A DNA stretch of 63,796 nucleotides, counting the filler, from an uncultured bacterium (GTDB lineage Bacteria; CAYSBA01), in NCBI GenBank assembly GCA_964429075.1. It is 17 parts of 17 records of this genome, joined end to end, with 100 filler letters (N's around TTAATTAATTAA, not from the genome) between each part and the next. Parts side by side here need not be neighbours in the genome. Positions count along the whole stretch, not along the records: positions 19,220 to 22,905 come from CAYSBA010000189.1; positions 23,006 to 26,673 come from CAYSBA010000190.1; positions 26,774 to 30,440 come from CAYSBA010000191.1; 14 more parts are not named here. The stretch is one strand, 5' to 3'. Of the stretch, positions 20,511-30,540 are shown in pieces. Numbering within the stretch: the stretch's first letter is position 1; the number at the start of each line of letters is the position of its first letter. Under the pieces are notes generated by a model. It did not search any database. It was not told the origin of the DNA and saw nothing but the letters and a program-made list of their open reading frames with translations. A program made the translations under genes and the position numbers.

Positions 20511-20917
20511 AAAGAGGATCAGAAACTAGAAGATTGAGGATACTTGTAGCAAAGGTTGGCCTTGATGGACATGACAGAGGTGCAAAGGTTGTTGCAAGGG
20601 CTCTGAGAGATGCAGGTTTTGAGGTCATCTATACTGGCCTGCATCAAACGCCAGAGCGTGTTGTAGATACTGCCCTTGAAGAGGATGTAGATGTAATTGG
20701 TATATCAATCCTCTCCGGTGCCCATAATTATGTATTCCCAAAGATACTGTCTTTGTTGAAGGAGCGTGGTGCAGAGGATATCGCCGTAATCGGAGGAGGC
20801 ATCATACCGGATGATGATATTGAGAATCTTTTAAAGCTTGGTATAAAAAAGATATTTACACCAGGGACACCTCTTACTGAGATTGTAGATTTTTTAAAAG
20901 GACTTGAGTCCCGTTAA
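20507..20917 (+). CDS. Cobalamin-binding small subunit of an acyl-CoA mutase (methylmalonyl- or isobutyryl-CoA mutase)
   Basis: [12 protein letters not shown]12 motif, SILSGAH, GGGIIP and FTPGT. Confidence 0.93.
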   Translation: MKRGSETRRLRILVAKVGLDGHDRGAKVVARALRDAGFEVIYTGLHQTPERVVDTALEEDVDVIGISILSGAHNYVFPKILSLLKERGAEDIAVIGGGIIPDDDIENLLKLGIKKIFTPGTPLTEIVDFLKGLESR

Positions 20918-20938
20918 TATAGCTGAGGAGGCCATGTG

Positions 20939-22087
20939 ATGGATTTTGAGCTTTCTGAAGAACACAGGCTTTTGGTAGATAATCTGAGGAGTTTTTTAAA
21001 ACAGAAGGTAAAACCTTATGCATGGGAATGGAGTATAAATGAGACTTTCCCGGAGGATATCGTAAAACAACTTGGTGAGATGGGAATAATGGGGATCTGC
21101 ATCCCGGAGGAATTTGGGGGTGCGGGATTTGATATACTTGGTTTTGCCCTTGCTGTTGAAGAGATAGCACGATACGATGGATCTCTTGCCCTAACTGTGG
21201 CATCCCACAACGGTCTTTGTAGTGCCCACATTGCACTTGCAGGGACAACCGAACAGAAGAATAGATACCTGAGTAAACTTGCAACAGGTCAGTGGCTTGG
21301 TGCATGGGGACTTACAGAGCCAGGCTCTGGATCAGATGCTGTAGCAATGAAAACAACTGCAAAAAGGGATGGAGATTTTTGGATCTTAAATGGATCTAAG
21401 ATGTTTATTACTCAAGGTAGTGTTGGTGATGTATTTGTAGTAATGGCAAGGACCCATGACGATCCAGAAAATCGTAACAGGGGCATAAGTGCCTTTATCT
21501 TAGAGAAGGATATGGAAGGATTTGAGCAGCGTCCAATACATTCTAAGCTGGGTATGAGAGCTTCAGATACAGCAGAACTTGTGTTTGATAATGTAAAGGT
21601 ACCCTGTGAAAATCTACTTGGAGAAGAGGGTAAGGCCTTTTACGATACAATGAGAATACTCGATAAGGGAAGGATTATAATAGGTGCTCTTGCGGCAGGA
21701 TTGGCAAGGGGATCCCTTGAAGATTCTATTGCCTATGCAAAAGAACGTACACAGTTTGGTAGACCAATCTCAGAATTTCAGGCAATACAATGGATGATTG
21801 CAGATATGGCTACACAGACAGAGGCTGCAAGGCTTATGGTATACAGGGCTGCAACACTTGCTGATCAGGGTCGGCCCTTCAAAAAAGAGGCAGCAATGGC
21901 AAAGCTGTTTGCATCAAATATAGCCATGGAATGTGCCAGAATGGCAATACAGATACATGGTGGTTATGGTTATGTGGCAGATTACAATGTTGAAAGATAC
22001 TACAGAGATGCAAAGCTTACTGAGATAGGGGAGGGTACCTCAGAGATTCAACGACTTGTTATAGCAAAGATGTTGTTGTCACAATGA
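20939..22087 (+). CDS. Acyl-CoA dehydrogenase
   Basis: [26 protein letters not shown] and GEGTSEIQ motifs; GAGGAGG SD. Confidence 0.93.
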   Translation: MDFELSEEHRLLVDNLRSFLKQKVKPYAWEWSINETFPEDIVKQLGEMGIMGICIPEEFGGAGFDILGFALAVEEIARYDGSLALTVASHNGLCSAHIALAGTTEQKNRYLSKLATGQWLGAWGLTEPGSGSDAVAMKTTAKRDGDFWILNGSKMFITQGSVGDVFVVMARTHDDPENRNRGISAFILEKDMEGFEQRPIHSKLGMRASDTAELVFDNVKVPCENLLGEEGKAFYDTMRILDKGRIIIGALAAGLARGSLEDSIAYAKERTQFGRPISEFQAIQWMIADMATQTEAARLMVYRAATLADQGRPFKKEAAMAKLFASNIAMECARMAIQIHGGYGYVADYNVERYYRDAKLTEIGEGTSEIQRLVIAKMLLSQ

Positions 22088-22905
22088 TGGACCTTTCTCT
22101 CGATCAAATAGTCAAAAAGGCCAGATCAGGCGATGTAAGGATGATCTCCCGTCTGATCAGGTTTGTTGAAGATAGACCTGCCTTAACTCCTGATCTATTT
22201 GAGCTTTTAGGTAATGATACAAAAGAGGGATATGTGTTCGGTATATCCGGTAGCCCAGGAGTGGGTAAGAGTACTCTGATATCGAGATTAATTGAGAGAT
22301 TTGTAAAAAACAACATAAAGGCCGGGATACTTGCAATTGATCCTACAAGTCCTATTTCTGGAGGGGCATTACTTGGAGATAGAGTAAGAATGCAGTCCCA
22401 CAATCCTGAGGATGGTATCTTTATAAGATCCATGGCCACGCGAGGAAGCATGGACGGACTGTCTAAATCTGTAAGAGCAGCTATATGGATTCTTTTTGGA
22501 TGCGGTTTTAATACTGTTGTTGTAGAGACTGTGGGAGTGGGGCAGGTGGAGACTTCAATAAGATTTGTAGCAGATACCCTGATTGAGGTAGTATCTCCAG
22601 ACTCCGGTGATGATATACAGCTGATGAAGGCCGGTATGCTTGAGCTTGCAGATATACTTGTATTAAACAAATGCCAGAAAGAGGGGGCAGATAGAATGTT
22701 TAGATTAATGGAGGCAGAATTTGCCAAAAAGACCTCACCTACAGGGTACAGTGTATCCTTAGTCAGGACTGATGCACTAAGGGATCAGGGCATTGATGAT
22801 CTTTTTGATAAGATGTTAGCTCATAGAGATTATATGGAAAAGGGTATTTCAGAGTCATTTAATCGTGAAAAGAGATTAAAAGAACTTGAGTATATACTCG
22901 AACAG
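22084..22905 (+). CDS. meaB: MeaB/ArgK GTPase, acyl-CoA mutase chaperone (3' truncated)
   Basis: [34 protein letters not shown] and [10 protein letters not shown] motifs. Confidence 0.92.
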
Positions 22906-23055
22906 NNNNNNNNNNNNNNNNNNNNNNNNNNNNNNNNNNNNNNNNNNNNTTAATTAATTAANNNNNNNNNNNNNNNNNNNNNNNNNNNNNNNNNNNNNNN
23001 NNNNNATGGGTGGGTTGCAACATTTTTTACTAATGAGTATAAATCGCTTTTATCT

Positions 23056-24753
23056 ATGATTAACTTTAAATCCATACTAAAACAGTACAGGTCCGATTAT
23101 ATAAAAGGGATAATCCTTCTGATACTCACAATCGGTCTTACAATGCTTATCCCTATTTTTATCAAAAAGGCACTCGACAATCTTTCCAGCTGGTATATTG
23201 TAAGAAGAGTAATATTAGAACTTATTGCCATTTCCCTATTGATCTGCATAATTCGGATTGGGTCTCGTTACTACATCCTTGGTGCCTGCCGAAAGGTAGA
23301 GTATTTTATAAAAGATAATCTTTTTAAACGGGTCTTACAGTTTAAGGGAAACGATCTTGAGAAGTGGGATACTGGGGATCTTGTCTCACGTTTCACAAGC
23401 GATGCAAGACTTGTCAGATCCATGTTTGGACCAGGCATCTTATACTCCACAAATGCTCTCTTTGTCGCAATATTTTCAATTTTTTTTATGTTCTATATCG
23501 ATGCAGTAACTGCCACAATTATACTTATTACTGCATGTCTTGTCCTTTTATCAACAAGATTTTTCTCAAAAAGGGTGTATTTATGTTCAAGCAAGGTCCA
23601 ATCCATATTATCGGTGATAAATGAGAGGGTACTGGAGATTCTAACCGGAATTCTTGGTATAAAGGCAAACCTCCTTGAAACAAAGATAACAGACAGCATT
23701 GCACTGCTCAGTCAGGATTACAAAGATGCAAGTATTAAGATGTCAAAGGCTTCTGCATCCATGGTTGGTTCTGTAGAATCATTATCTTCACTTATGTTTT
23801 TAGTAGTACTTTTTGTAGGAGGATTCAGGTACCATAAGGGTCTTGTAAGTATTGGTGATATTGCAGCCATGCAGTCGTATGTTGCCACACTCATCTTTCC
23901 TGCTGTGGCACTCGGATGGACAATCAATCTTATTAATAGAGGTAAGGCTGCAATGGATCGAATAAACAGGGTCTTAAATATCAAGATAGAGATTGAAACT
24001 TTTAAAAATAGGATAAAAATAAATGATCTAAAGGTTATAAGGCTGGAGCATGTAGCAGTAGAAGGGGAGCGCTCTTTACGACTTAATGATATCAATCTCG
24101 TTATTGAAAAAGGTCAAAAAATAGGGATAACAGGGCCTGTTGGCTCCGGAAAATCTACCCTTTTAAGTTTAATAAATCTCCTTCGTTATCCAGACAGTGG
24201 CAGCATCTTTTATGATAGCATCTGCCATAAAGATGTGGATCCAGTGTCTGTAAGAGAGAGTATTGTATCGGTTACACAGAACGATCGATTATTCTCTATG
24301 AGCATCAAAGATAATTTAAGGCTTGTAAAACCACAGGCAACAGAAAGGGAGTTGTTAGATATACTCGATCTGGTAGAGATGAGGGATTTTGTAGAAAGAC
24401 TACCTAAAGGCCTTGATACACAGGTGGGTGAAAGGGGAATCCTTCTATCAGGTGGACAGAGACAACGACTCTGCTTTGCAAGAATAATCATAAAAGAACC
24501 CGATTTTATGCTACTTGATGATCCTACATCACAATTAGATGGTGAGACAGAATACAGGATACTACAAAGACTTTTCAAATTAGAAAAAGATATAACAATG
24601 ATAATTGCAACACACAGAGTAGCAACCCTGAGGATGCTCGATAGAATCATTATTCTGGATAGGGGCAAAGTTGTAGGGGATGGCTCATTTGAATTTCTAT
24701 ACGAAAACAACAACCTGTTTCGACTAATAGTAGAAGATGAAGGCATCAAATGA
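23056..24753 (+). CDS. ABC exporter half (TMD+NBD), subunit A of a heterodimer
   Basis: Six TM segments; GPVGSGKST; LSGGQ; Walker B LLDD (no catalytic Glu). Confidence 0.9.
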   Translation: MINFKSILKQYRSDYIKGIILLILTIGLTMLIPIFIKKALDNLSSWYIVRRVILELIAISLLICIIRIGSRYYILGACRKVEYFIKDNLFKRVLQFKGNDLEKWDTGDLVSRFTSDARLVRSMFGPGILYSTNALFVAIFSIFFMFYIDAVTATIILITACLVLLSTRFFSKRVYLCSSKVQSILSVINERVLEILTGILGIKANLLETKITDSIALLSQDYKDASIKMSKASASMVGSVESLSSLMFLVVLFVGGFRYHKGLVSIGDIAAMQSYVATLIFPAVALGWTINLINRGKAAMDRINRVLNIKIEIETFKNRIKINDLKVIRLEHVAVEGERSLRLNDINLVIEKGQKIGITGPVGSGKSTLLSLINLLRYPDSGSIFYDSICHKDVDPVSVRESIVSVTQNDRLFSMSIKDNLRLVKPQATERELLDILDLVEMRDFVERLPKGLDTQVGERGILLSGGQRQRLCFARIIIKEPDFMLLDDPTSQLDGETEYRILQRLFKLEKDITMIIATHRVATLRMLDRIIILDRGKVVGDGSFEFLYENNNLFRLIVEDEGIK

Positions 24754-26419
24754 GTTAAAAGGCGCTATATACTGGCTTGGTTCCTATGTGCTGGTTGAAA
24801 AAGGACTCATTTTGATTATAGGGGTCCTATTAGTTCTGAAAGATCTTATGATACTTGTTGAACCCTATCTCTATGGATACGGAATAGATCACTTTATACT
24901 ATCTGGTAGATCGAGCGGATTTGTGGAATTTGGTATACTACTTGTAGTTATCTCTATCGTTAAGGGCTTGTTAAGTTTTCTAAGTACCTGGGGAATGGGC
25001 AGATTTGGCAATGAGATCATACACAATATGAGGGTTGAGATAATAAGAAGGGTCCTATCATTTCCACTATCCTTTTTTGAAAGAAGGTCATCTGGAAAAA
25101 TCCTTACAAGAATGACTCAAGATGTAGAGATACTCGGGCAGATGCTTACCTCTGGTCTTTTGCCCATGCTTTCTGATTTTGTTCTTATCTTCTTTACAGC
25201 TCTTATAATGTTTGTATATCGGTGGAAGCTGGCATTGTTTTCATTTATACCCATCCCAATCTTTATAATCTATGTCCATTTTGAGATCAAAAGATTAAGG
25301 AGCCTGTATGCAGATATGAGGACTGTTGCGGCACAGCTAAATGCACTCTCTCAGGAGAGTTTTGACAGATCCGAAACCATAAAGTCTCTCAGACTGTTTG
25401 AAGAGATGAAAAAAAGATTTCTCCCACTTAATAAAAACTATCTCAGACTAAACCTCTCCACTGTTGTGGAAGAGAGTCGGGTCTCTGCTGTTGTGGAACT
25501 GACCATGACATCATGCATATCTACCCTGTTGATAGGTGCTATAAAATTCAGCTCAGCTGTTACACCAGGCGAGGTTATTGCCTTTGTGGAATATATAAGG
25601 CGTTTCTTTCATCCCTTAAGACACCTTACCCAGAACCTTGCGGTATTTCAGTCATCTGTAGCAGCTGCATCCAAGGTTTACAATTTTTATATATCGGATG
25701 AACCTGAGGTATCAGGCAATGTTAGACATGAAAAATTTTATGGAAAGGTCAGATTTGAGAATGTCTCTTTCTCTTACAACAATCGTAAAGAACCAGTCTT
25801 AAACAACATAAATCTTGTAGTAAACCCAGGCGAATCTATTGCCCTTGTCGGAAATACTGGAAGTGGAAAAACAACGGCAATGAAACTTTTGATTGCCCTT
25901 TATTATCCAACAAAAGGGAGAATCACGATTGATGGTATTGACATAAATAGGATAGATAAAAATTGGCTGAGGAGCCACATTGGTTATGTACCCCAGGAGG
26001 CATTTGTTTTATCAGGAAAAAAATCATTAAAAATAGGTGATATGGATCTAAAATCTCAGATTGGATTATCTGGTAGAATAGATATAAAAAGTGGTGGGAG
26101 CAACCTATCAGAAGGACAGAAACAGCTCTTTTCTGTCTCTGAACTTACCATAAACAACAAACCATTTATTATCCTCGACGAAGCTACATCCTCAATGGAC
26201 AACATCCTTGAATCAAAGTTAAAAAATCTATTGTTGAATTCTAACAGAACAGTGATTTTTATTGCACACAGAATGGGTTTTGTTGAGATGGCAGATAGAA
26301 TCTATGTTTTTAAAGATGGCAGGATAGTGGGCGTGGGTAGTCACAGGGACCTTCTTTTAACAAATCCTTATTATGCTGATCTTTATGCTAAAAAGAAAGG
26401 CATTCTTAATGATCAATAA
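24737..26419 (+). CDS. ABC exporter half (TMD+NBD), subunit B of a heterodimer
   Basis: GNTGSGKTT; degenerate signature LSEGQ; ILDEATS; IAHR. Confidence 0.9.
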   Translation: MKASNELKGAIYWLGSYVLVEKGLILIIGVLLVLKDLMILVEPYLYGYGIDHFILSGRSSGFVEFGILLVVISIVKGLLSFLSTWGMGRFGNEIIHNMRVEIIRRVLSFPLSFFERRSSGKILTRMTQDVEILGQMLTSGLLPMLSDFVLIFFTALIMFVYRWKLALFSFIPIPIFIIYVHFEIKRLRSLYADMRTVAAQLNALSQESFDRSETIKSLRLFEEMKKRFLPLNKNYLRLNLSTVVEESRVSAVVELTMTSCISTLLIGAIKFSSAVTPGEVIAFVEYIRRFFHPLRHLTQNLAVFQSSVAAASKVYNFYISDEPEVSGNVRHEKFYGKVRFENVSFSYNNRKEPVLNNINLVVNPGESIALVGNTGSGKTTAMKLLIALYYPTKGRITIDGIDINRIDKNWLRSHIGYVPQEAFVLSGKKSLKIGDMDLKSQIGLSGRIDIKSGGSNLSEGQKQLFSVSELTINNKPFIILDEATSSMDNILESKLKNLLLNSNRTVIFIAHRMGFVEMADRIYVFKDGRIVGVGSHRDLLLTNPYYADLYAKKKGILNDQ

Positions 26420-26673
26420 CACAAAAAGACTACACATTCTGTTCTGGATCATACTCATTATATCATTTTTCTATAACAGATTGAACAATCAAAAGATCGA
26501 TATTGGCGGATTAGAAAAAAAGGCACTGAAATTTGTCCTTCCTGACACAAATAGATTTACAAAAAAAGAGGGTCAACCACCAGCATACAGGGCCATCAAA
26601 AATTCAAAAAAATCCGGCTATGCATTCGATAGCTACGATGTAATAGGCAGGGTTCAGGGATATTCTGGGCCAA
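26409..26673 (+). CDS. Membrane-anchored FMN-binding domain protein (NosR/RnfG-like), truncated
   Basis: N-terminal TM helix followed by GYAFDS...VQGYSGP, typical of the start of FMN_bind domains. Confidence 0.55.
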
Positions 26674-26773
26674 NNNNNNNNNNNNNNNNNNNNNNNNNNN
26701 NNNNNNNNNNNNNNNNNTTAATTAATTAANNNNNNNNNNNNNNNNNNNNNNNNNNNNNNNNNNNNNNNNNNNN

Positions 26774-27046
26774 ATAGGTAATAACCTTAGGTACAGGGAT
26801 TGAGTTTTTAAAAAAGAATTCTGACATTGTGATAAATGCAGGTTTTTGAGTGGGGTTTTCGTACCCTCCTATCTCTTCATGCTTTTCCCCCTCCAAGGGC
26901 AGTAACATCAGAACAAAGGTATCAGATCGCTCATTGTAAATACGGTAATACTCTCGTGCAGATGCCTCTTTAGTAAGAGGTTCTACTTTTTTTACATCTA
27001 TACCGCATTCTTTAATTGATTTTAATATCCTTTCCAATCTAATCAT
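26774..27046 (-). CDS. APH-family kinase, AmgK-like (truncated)
   Basis: [13 protein letters not shown] matches the DASxRxYxR motif; FVLM; IPVPKVI. Confidence 0.7.
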
Positions 27047-27245
27047 TTTTGTCCTTTTTCTGTGAATCCTGCCATTGGTCCAGCGGGATTGCTTCATCTA
27101 TGAGCATGATTGGAATATCCTCTTCGATAAGGTAGACAAGCGAACAGCTATGACAGATCAAAACATCTTTATCACCTTTATACTCTAAATCCCCCTTACA
27201 TTTTGGGCATGCAAGGATCTTCAAAAGCCTTTCATCAAGAGCCAT
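27039..27245 (-). CDS. Trm112/YcaR family protein
   Basis: [14 protein letters not shown]...[20 protein letters not shown]. Confidence 0.92.
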   Translation of the reverse strand: MALDERLLKILACPKCKGDLEYKGDKDVLICHSCSLVYLIEEDIPIMLIDEAIPLDQWQDSQKKDKND

Positions 27246-27721
27246 CAGTAACCTCCATTCTTTATTTTTTTAATAATATCACTGCTCGAGTGATCTTTTG
27301 GATCGCCCGCTATTACTACTTTACCTCCATAGGATTCAACAGCACTTCGCTCTGGTACATCAATTGGAGTATAATCTCTTCCTTTGATCTGAAGGTCCGG
27401 TTTTAACCTTAGGATATAATCGGATAAGGGACCATCAAAGATGAAGACATAATCTACATAGTCAATTGAAGCTATTATCTCTGCTCTTTCATCTTCTGGG
27501 GTGAGAGGTCTGTCTGGACCTTTGTGAGTCCTTGTCCATCTATCAGAATCGATAGCAACAACAAGCACATCAACCATCTTTGATGCATCGGACAGATATC
27601 TTATATGTCCTACATGTAGGATATCAAATACTCCATTTGCAAGACCAACTGTTTTTCTGAGTCTTCTCTTTTGTTCTATAATCTCAACAAGACTGTTGAA
27701 TTTTACGATTTTTTCTTTCAT
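27245..27721 (-). CDS. Cytidylyltransferase-family protein (RfaE2/HldE adenylyltransferase domain)
   Basis: [27 protein letters not shown] and HSSSDII motifs. Confidence 0.88.
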   Translation of the reverse strand: MKEKIVKFNSLVEIIEQKRRLRKTVGLANGVFDILHVGHIRYLSDASKMVDVLVVAIDSDRWTRTHKGPDRPLTPEDERAEIIASIDYVDYVFIFDGPLSDYILRLKPDLQIKGRDYTPIDVPERSAVESYGGKVVIAGDPKDHSSSDIIKKIKNGGY

Positions 27722-27762
27722 TTTCTGTCAGATACCAGAAAAGCGATATTTGAGCAAACCAT

Positions 27763-27794
27763 TGATTGACAAACAATCAGCAATCATGTAATTT
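27763..27794 (+). promoter_or_regulatory. Sigma70-type promoter of the lipoprotein operon with an overlapping palindromic operator
   Basis: TTGACA (27766)-17 nt-TAATTT (27789); TGATTG-N5-CAATCA palindrome at 27763-27779. Confidence 0.6.
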
Positions 27795-27827
27795 TGAAAA
27801 ATCAATCAAACAGATAAGGAGGAAGGT

Positions 27828-28829
27828 ATGTTATTGAAAAGAGATCTTCTTATGGCATTCATTGTTGCCCTTTTGGTAGTTGCCTGTTCTGGAGGCGGGA
27901 GCAACGATAACAACAAAAACACTACAGGTGATCCAAACTGCCCAGGCTGTACCTTTGATGAACAACTCGGTGTATATTTCTACGAACCACCTGATCTTGG
28001 AGATATGAAGGCATACAAAGAGAATAGTGGTACATGGGAACCTGTAGATGGATTCGATGAATCTTTTGTATCATGTTATGAAGATGATAGCCTGTTGCCT
28101 CAAAAGGGTGAGCAGGTTAAATTGATGGGAGATATAGATGTTTTTGGTCTGAAGACAAACACAAGAGATCTTAATGTAGAAGTATACAGTATGGATATTA
28201 CAACAGGTAAAAAGGATCAGCTTCTCGCAAGTACAGTAACAATCCAGAAGGGCAATAGTATCAGTGATGGATACTATGACTTTGGTGAAACCCTATTCCC
28301 CACTGGTGAACCGCTTATCTTTTTTGTCTATGGCTCTGGCGACAAAAAAGATAAATACTTTGATACCTACAGATATTACATCTACTTAGATAAAAACATG
28401 GAAGAGCAGGATGGTTATGTGCATTTTGCTGCAAACATTGTAAGTCAGGATTCGGTTGATCTGATACCAACCATGGCAGGCTATCCAAATGGGATATCTC
28501 CAGGTCATGGTGCCCTTGCCGGTGAGATACGCGACTGTTATGGCAACCAGCTTGAAAATGTGGTTATTGGTTTTGCAAAGTGGCCACCCAAGATGGTATA
28601 TACAGATGGAACGGACAACCACTATCCAAAGAATGATCAGCTTGCTACGAATAAGGATGGACTTTATATAGGTATTGATTTTGAATCTGGTGAAAACATC
28701 GTTGCCGCAAAAGGCACAATAAATGGTAAGACATATATCCTGGGTGTATACAGGATTTTTATAGAACCAGACAGCATAAATATACTCTCCTTTGATCCAC
28801 CAAAGGCAAGGGATCAACAGGGTAAATAG
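27828..28829 (+). CDS. Hypothetical lipoprotein (acidic, beta-rich)
   Basis: AGGAGG SD; lipobox VVA-C; Gly/Asn linker; C-terminal GALAGEIRDC...TNKDGLY beta-sandwich-like region. Confidence 0.8.
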   Translation: MLLKRDLLMAFIVALLVVACSGGGSNDNNKNTTGDPNCPGCTFDEQLGVYFYEPPDLGDMKAYKENSGTWEPVDGFDESFVSCYEDDSLLPQKGEQVKLMGDIDVFGLKTNTRDLNVEVYSMDITTGKKDQLLASTVTIQKGNSISDGYYDFGETLFPTGEPLIFFVYGSGDKKDKYFDTYRYYIYLDKNMEEQDGYVHFAANIVSQDSVDLIPTMAGYPNGISPGHGALAGEIRDCYGNQLENVVIGFAKWPPKMVYTDGTDNHYPKNDQLATNKDGLYIGIDFESGENIVAAKGTINGKTYILGVYRIFIEPDSINILSFDPPKARDQQGK

Positions 28830-28848
28830 TTGTTTTTTGGAGCAAGTC

Positions 28849-30440
28849 ATGAAGAGATATATTACTGCTGTAATGCTTTTTCTTTTTTTGACCTGTGGGT
28901 GTAAATCGTCTTCAAATTCCGGCGCCGGGAACAATAACAATAACGACAATGAAGGGAACAAAGAGGAGACCTTTACCGTAGTATGTCCTGGTCTTACTAC
29001 ATGTGAAAGCACCGAAGGACCACTTATGGTCGGTGCCTCCAAAACAGATATATCACCTCCAGGGTTTGAGGTGGTAAATCCAAACTATATGAAAAAGTGC
29101 TACTTTGATGCAGAAAATCCCTGGGATAGACATGGTTACTGTGTAAGCCTTAATGAAAAGTTCCTTGACTATCCAGACTGTGGTACCGATGGAGTCTGTG
29201 ATTTTGAAGAGGATTATCCTGGTCCTGATCCGGATGGTTCAGAAGGAGATGGCAAGCCTGACTGGTTCTTTGACTGTGGTTGGGATAGATTGTGCCCTGG
29301 CGATGATGGATATCCCGGAGCTGACTACGGTGAAGGGAATGGTCAGTTCGACGGCTTCTGGCTTGCTGGTTTTCATCGTAACAGACCGATGAAAGATATC
29401 CACGATCCCATCTGGTCAAGGACGATCGTTATAGAAAAAGGAGATGTGGCATTTTCAATTACTTCACTGGATTTTATTGGACTATTCCATGATGATGTAG
29501 ATAAGATAAGAGAAAAGGTGTCTGAGCTGAGACCAGATGTTGATCTTGATTATATTTTGATAAGTTCAACACATGATCATGAGGCACCTGATTCTATGGG
29601 ACAGTGGGGGATTGCTGATCCTCTAAGTGATGTTCCTGATAAAAGGGGCGTGAATGAATACTGGATGGATTGGGCAATAGAGCAGATTGCAAATGATATT
29701 ATTAATGCCTACGATTCGGTAAAAGAGGCCAACCTATATGCAACTAAGGTTTTTACAGGTGTAGATAGTCTTATCTACGACCACAGAGATCCGAAAATAT
29801 ATGATGATGAGATGACACTTCTGAGATTTGTTGACAAAAATACAGATGAGACAATTGCAACACTTGTGAACTGGGCAAACCACCCTGAAGGATTGAGTGA
29901 TATAAACGATCTACTCTCTGCCGATTTTGTATACTATACAAGAAAGTATATAGAAGAGGGTCTTCCTCAGGAGGGTGATGCACCTGCAATAGATGGTATT
30001 GGTGGTATTGTTGTATATATGAGTGGTGCTGTTGGAGGTATGATGACACCTCTTGGTGTAACTGTTCATGGTAGAGACGGCAACACCTACAGCCATAGCT
30101 ATTTTGATAAGGTAGAAGCGATGGGCAAGATACTTGCTGAAAAGGCCCTTAATGCACTTGCAAATGCAGAAAAGATAGATGAAACAGATATAAATCCAGA
30201 GATTATTGCAAGGACTTTCCTTTTCCCAGTTGATAATAAGGTTTTTCAGACGATCATGTTATTTGGACATATAAATCCTGAAAAGGAGATCTTTAAAAGA
30301 GATGTGTACAATTTTGACTGGACAAAGGAGATAAGTGACCAAAACAAACCCTATATTAAGTCTGAAACCTTTATTATAAGGCTTAGTAAGAAGATAACGA
30401 TATTTGGAGTGCCGGGAGAACTGTTACCTGAGCTTGCTGT
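28849..30440 (+). CDS. Lipoprotein with a neutral/alkaline ceramidase-like domain (continues at 15271-14947, minus strand; ~638 aa total)
   Basis: GGAG SD; lipobox TCG-C; GASKTDISP, LAGF, HDPIWSR, STHDHEAPD, NWANHPE, SADF, PGE and NDEVGYI motifs. Confidence 0.75.
29176..29352 (+). repeat. Two-copy intragenic Asp/Gly/Cys repeat (32-aa period)
   Basis: DCGTDGVC...YPGPD..GSEGDG and DCGWDRLC...YPGAD.GEGNG; GACTGTGGT occurs at 29176 and 29272. Confidence 0.8.
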
Positions 30441-30540
30441 NNNNNNNNNNNNNNNNNNNNNNNNNNNNNNNNNNNNNNNNNNNNTTAATTAATTAANNNN
30501 NNNNNNNNNNNNNNNNNNNNNNNNNNNNNNNNNNNNNNNN

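Noticed and set aside
20925..20941. ATG-TGA start-stop mini-ORF right after the strong SD of the second acyl-CoA dehydrogenase
   Set aside because: That ATG is only 2 nt from the SD, too close for efficient initiation; GTG 20936 and ATG 20939 are properly spaced.
28930..28950. AAC/AAT microsatellite-like run
   Set aside because: Imperfect, in frame, and encodes an Asn linker after the lipobox; not a frameshifting tract.
22104..29042. Long antisense ORFs (22104-22727, 24210-24749, 28386-29042; also 10641-11192, 38153-38644, 50150-50635)
   Set aside because: They lie opposite well-supported genes, have Ser/Ile-rich shadow composition and show no motifs.
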